Origin: Arenicellales bacterium
GTDB lineage: Bacteria; Pseudomonadota; Gammaproteobacteria; Arenicellales; JAHEKD01
DNA: 64,000 nt
Assembly: GCA_028284225.1 (NCBI GenBank)
Contig: JANQSD010000004.1
Location: 14,869 to 78,868 of the forward strand
Direction of reading: 5' to 3'
The translations under genes and the position numbers were made by a program. The notes under the pieces were generated by a model, which was not told the DNA's origin, made no database searches, and was given only the letters and a program-made list of their open reading frames with translations. Shown here in pieces: positions 62,001 to 64,000 of the stretch; position 1 is the first letter of the stretch, and every line of letters starts with the position of its first letter.

Positions 62001-64000
62001 GTTCAAGCTTACACCTGCTATACCAACCTCACCGGGATCTTGACTTCCATCGGCATCCACATCTGACCAAACTGTATCACCAATTACAGCTGTACCCACT
62101 ACAGGAACATAACCAAAATCTGCGTCCAGAAAGTTCTCACCAGCTGATAACACCACGTTTTCCGTACCGGTATTACCTGGTGATTGAGTTAAGTTAGCTA
62201 ACTCACTGTTCGTATCTGTTACTGTAACTGTGTAGTTACCCGGTGCTAAATTATCAAACAGATAATCTCCGTTAGCATCTGTTATGGTGTTCAAGTTAAC
62301 TGGATTACCGCCAGCATCCGTTCCGGTCAAATTCACTGTTACACCTGCGATACCCTGTTCGCCAACATCGTCCACACCATCGCTATCAGTATCCAACCAG
62401 ATATGATCACCAATAGACCCGCCAGCCACCATGCCTGCATCAACATCTGTATTTATCTCTCCAATAGCCAATGTGATTGTGGACGTGCGGCCATTGGTTA
62501 CTGATACGTCGCTGTCCAGATCATCAGAGGTCTGATCTTGAGGGGAGAATACATATCCCACAGGAGTAAAAAACTCAAGCTGATAATCACCGGAATCTAA
62601 ACTCACAAATTCATAATAACCTGCCTCACCTGTAGTTGGGTTTGGACCCGTAGTAGTTGTTGAAATCACTGCTCCACCACTATCCAGCAGATTCACTGTC
62701 ACTCCATTTATACCCACTTCCCCACTGTCTTGAATGCCGTTACCATTGCCGTCATTCCAGACAAAATCGCCTATACCTGCAAATGCCTGATAGCCAAAGT
62801 CCTGCACCAGGTTATCTTCACCGGCTCCGAGTACCACCACACTCTGTGATTCAGTACCCCCATCCGGGTCCACCGTGTTATTGCCTTGCAATACTAACGG
62901 CAAGTCCGTTTCATCCACCGCCACCGTATAGCCGGTTGCATTGCTTTGCGGCACATCCATAAATAAATACTGCCCGTCACCGGCCGTGGTCACGGTCACG
63001 TTAATTGGATTGCCGTTAACGTCCGTGCCGGTTAAAGTGACATCGACCCCAGCAAGCCCTTCACCGGTGTCAAAGACACCGTCACCGTCCAGATCGTTGA
63101 AAATGGTGTCACCGATTGAGCCTAAGGCTTGATAACCGAAATCCTGAGCCAAGTTATCCTCACCCGCACCGAGTACCACCGTACTGGTCGAGTCATTCCC
63201 CCCATCCGGGTCTACCGTGTTATTACCCTGTAGCACTAACGGTAAATCGGTTTCATCCACCGTCACTGTATAGCCCGACGCATCACTTTGCGGTAGATTT
63301 GGAAATAAATACTGCCCGTCACCGGCTGTCGTTACGGTCACGTTAATCGGATTGCCGTTGATGTCCGTACCGGTTAAGGTCACGTCCACGCCGGCAAGCC
63401 CTTCACCGGTGTCAAAGACACCGTCACCGTCCAGGTCATTGAAAATGGTATCCCCGATTGAACCCAAGGCTTGATAACCAAAGTCCTGCACCAGGTTATC
63501 TTCACCGGTTCCTAAGACCACCACACTCTGTGATTCGGTGCCGCCATCCGGGTCCACCGTGTTATTACCTTGCAATACTAACGGCAAGTCCGTTTCATCC
63601 ACCGTCACCGTATAGCCGGTTGCATTGCTTTGCGGTAAATTTGAGAATAAATACTGCCCGTCACCGGCCGTGGTCACGGCCACGTTAATCGGATTGCCGT
63701 TAACGTCCGTGCCGGTTAAAGTGACATCGACCCCAGCAAGCCCTTCACCGGCATCAAAGGTACCGTCTCCATCCAAATCATTGAAAATGGTATCGCCGAT
63801 TGAACCCAAAGCTTGATAACCAAAGTCCTGAGCCAGATTATCTTCACCGGCGCCGAGCACCACCACGCTCTGTGATTCGATACTCCCATCCGGGTCCACC
63901 GTGTTATTGCCTTGCAATACTAACGGCAAGTCCGTTTCATCTACGGTCACCGTGTAGCCGGTTGCATTGCTTTGCGGTAAATTTGAGAATAGATACTGGC
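56025..64000 (-). CDS. Giant SdrD-B-like repeat surface protein with C-terminal C25 cysteine peptidase (5' end outside the window)
   Basis: Frame stays open to the window edge; repeated (S)IGD.(V/I)W.D.D.DG..D.GE.G...DFGY domains; C25 features YLVISH, LLVGAD, IGRM, FGHS (His), WGCWN (Cys), NLIGDP. Confidence 0.88.
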   Translation of the reverse strand, partial: QYLFSNLPQSNATGYTVTVDETDLPLVLQGNNTVDPDGSIESQSVVVLGAGEDNLAQDFGYQALGSIGDTIFNDLDGDGTFDAGEGLAGVDVTLTGTDVNGNPINVAVTTAGDGQYLFSNLPQSNATGYTVTVDETDLPLVLQGNNTVDPDGGTESQSVVVLGTGEDNLVQDFGYQALGSIGDTIFNDLDGDGVFDTGEGLAGVDVTLTGTDINGNPINVTVTTAGDGQYLFPNLPQSDASGYTVTVDETDLPLVLQGNNTVDPDGGNDSTSTVVLGAGEDNLAQDFGYQALGSIGDTIFNDLDGDGVFDTGEGLAGVDVTLTGTDVNGNPINVTVTTAGDGQYLFMDVPQSNATGYTVAVDETDLPLVLQGNNTVDPDGGTESQSVVVLGAGEDNLVQDFGYQAFAGIGDFVWNDGNGNGIQDSGEVGINGVTVNLLDSGGAVISTTTTGPNPTTGEAGYYEFVSLDSGDYQLEFFTPVGYVFSPQDQTSDDLDSDVSVTNGRTSTITLAIGEINTDVDAGMVAGGSIGDHIWLDTDSDGVDDVGEQGIAGVTVNLTGTDAGGNPVNLNTITDANGDYLFDNLAPGNYTVTVTDTNSELANLTQSPGNTGTENVVLSAGENFLDADFGYVPVVGTAVIGDTVWSDVDADGSQDPGEVGIAGVSLNLLNSSGAVIDTTTTDAAGNYLFTNVLPGDYSVVVTDTGGVITDAATNVTSGPQSPGSLISDPITILSGDIYVDADFGFALQPGSTLSDRLWYDADGDGVQDVSEPGIGNVTVDLLDSGGLIIASVVTDSNGDFAFTGLSNGGYTISITDDNSELTGYFDTTVPASLLQQSITALTGDITNQDPAQSAPITNGSGNGHPSFGFNQPGMIGDRVWNDANADGVQDPGESGISGVTLTLTGNDSSGNPVNLVATTDASGNYLFMNVADGLNYTVTVDANNFSSGGALEGYIQTYDADDGAGASDNQSSLPLAPGNSNLNQDFGYQNTSLPNISGTVFYDVDTDGTHEPAGNDGLAGNSDDETGLTDVSVALLDSIGNVVATTVTDSNGDYIFPNVVPADYTVAITDTNNVLDGYTLTSGLDQLPVAQADLNAGDVTDVDFGYVDNEQTAAITSALWIDTNQDGIKDPGEQPITAVDIQLLDCGNDGNCGNADDGPTQTTSTDAVGNVIFPDLPAGNYQLDPDESDPDFPAGIVETIYPAGVNPSAVISLSEGQQKHEEFGFVSASTMTLLSGTIWSDANSSGIQDTSEIGLGNVIVIVRDATSTIVANTTTNPDGTWNVSVTPDPAGSDYYVSYNTGDIPSVLDATEPTNTGDIDGDGANDQQYVLADMTSSGGPDLSVTPGDIVTDLDFGFGPDSSAAGPGAIEGTVYLDLNANSNDDTEPGIELVTLNLVSCGTGTCSDGDESVIATVTTDENGDYSFTGVLPGDYIVEVSDTNNATIGLNETEMMGGLTFATVTAGNTTTDIDFGYSPEQNLGSIGNLIWLDDAATNDGLFNPEQGDVGLAGVTVQCWYDTDNDGVFRVDSVDNLIREVQTNENGEYYCEGVPTGTYFVRITDEKGVLSDFIDATIPQTPRDGTANDPDNSNAMSVETMLATQLPTDGSVIDPSLYWKVITTSPNYTVDFAVRGALTLTGMVYDEGDATSSNSTFDGADVGVPGATIAMTYTLPSSTTVTLTTTTAPDGTYSISIPTGMPLIATVDPSGTIVDGHTGTENPTGSVSFPAQNLGDTPQANFGFQDPPAVTNPITLGYFHAERGVNVGEITIRWQTVIESGNAGFNLYGKAKSEDWQRLNSALIVSPVGDSVELQKYEYVSVGPVVSLFAIGDVDIFGQETIRGPFKLGQQHGVDRTDRNPIDWSTIHQQSNAKKAVRKAKREARRAQRMKQMEQRLDQGEQQMRRTLKRKQRLEQKALKRNGTSQSSNQSPPASSWHSRLIGAMLLALVPSAQASVEPVTDPGLIYFKTSEPGIYRVTYEQLLAQGIDLTGVKHWRLALMHNGESVDVRSKGQTSTIREQRWYFGPGGWIEFVADEADTLYSQDSIYVLYEDFYKRKSMVYDETNPNSIAAPVTTRYTATVEMDYDVFYSPAASVADPWYARRIVSTDNPVSTLFPIQVDHILSGPVSVNAGVWGGFAGDHHVDVQLNDYAVGTSDFNGFTAQTISGQTTTAALVEGLNHVKVTVTNPLPEDQVASIVHTDTWSVSYPRRLIVDSDTEQLIFSSQDARLQVQGYEAFQPGVLNRRVYRKRPNGEFESLTKVWMPLYADGKYRLRFAGDVVEESTYYVSLVSGLKQVEFVDPVEQQDLLTGNAQYLVISHPDFIDEHMEALIAARQGQGYSTKVADVEAVYSAFGHGHFGADAIQRYIHWAHANLGTEMVLLVGADTYDYHDHLNTGSMSFMPSLYVQTSDRIYHAPSDSKYADVDDDDVPDMSIGRMIPRTTQEWANSVTKTLQYASHPNPRSLVMAVDELDQAANYSFSTDADMTIAELPGTWQQNITRAYMDELGVGAARSALLEALNQGQAVAGMFGHSGPQDWTFAGLFKSGDAAALTNAGSPTVITQWGCWNTYYVHPSEDTLTHQFMLNDLNGAAAVLGASTLTEADHERELAKQVYPRMFTSGKSIGEAILQAKQAHAQSHSDELDVILGWNLIGDPALIIETGG
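62787..64000 (-). repeat. 342-bp (114-aa) near-identical tandem repeats, at least 3.5 copies
   Basis: ALGSIGDTIFNDLDGDG...QDFGYQ recurs every 114 aa; opposite-strand shadow ORFs recur at 342 and 684 nt offsets. Confidence 0.95.

Noticed and set aside
56421-63816. Numerous plus-strand and alternate-frame ORFs inside the giant gene
   Set aside because: Shadow ORFs of a biased coding strand; they repeat with the 342-bp period and show no motifs of a missing B1/B2 protein
63948-63950. ORF-track start of the giant gene at 63950
   Set aside because: It is an internal Val codon within a repeat; the frame stays open to the window edge (QYLFSNLPQSNATGYTV)
62787-64000. Possible CRISPR array or DGR template/variable repeats
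   Set aside because: Units are 342-bp in-frame protein domains with no spacers; differences are not adenine-specific and no reverse transcriptase or cas gene is present

Overview
Moderately AT-rich chromosomal window from a probable marine gammaproteobacterium (taxonomy inferred from gene order). The middle is housekeeping: tmcA, tatD-holB-tmk-mltG, fabF-acpP-fabG-fabH-plsX-rpmF, maf, sppA, rluC, rne, rlmD, a cysH/cysI sulfate assimilation group, trmH, ligA-zipA-smc, dksA-dihydroorotase and cfa. The left part is accessory: an orphan Tat-exported ABC binding protein, three AT-rich secreted ORFans, two internally deleted pseudogenes (sulfatase, OmpA lipoprotein), a bactofilin pair, an eutABC-like amino acid catabolic cluster and an ankyrin membrane protein. 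Several degenerate palindromic intergenic elements are present. No rRNA, tRNA, CRISPR array or transposase was recognised. The most striking locus is at the right end on the minus strand. A giant gene (over 2650 aa, 5' end outside the window) encodes SdrD-B-like repeats and ends in a C25 (gingipain/PorU-like) cysteine peptidase with an internal signal-peptide-like segment. It is followed directly by a lasso-peptide-type precursor and an AsnB-like lasso cyclase lacking the glutaminase Cys. No RRE or B2 leader peptidase lies in the window. All calls come from motif recognition by eye; no database searches were run.
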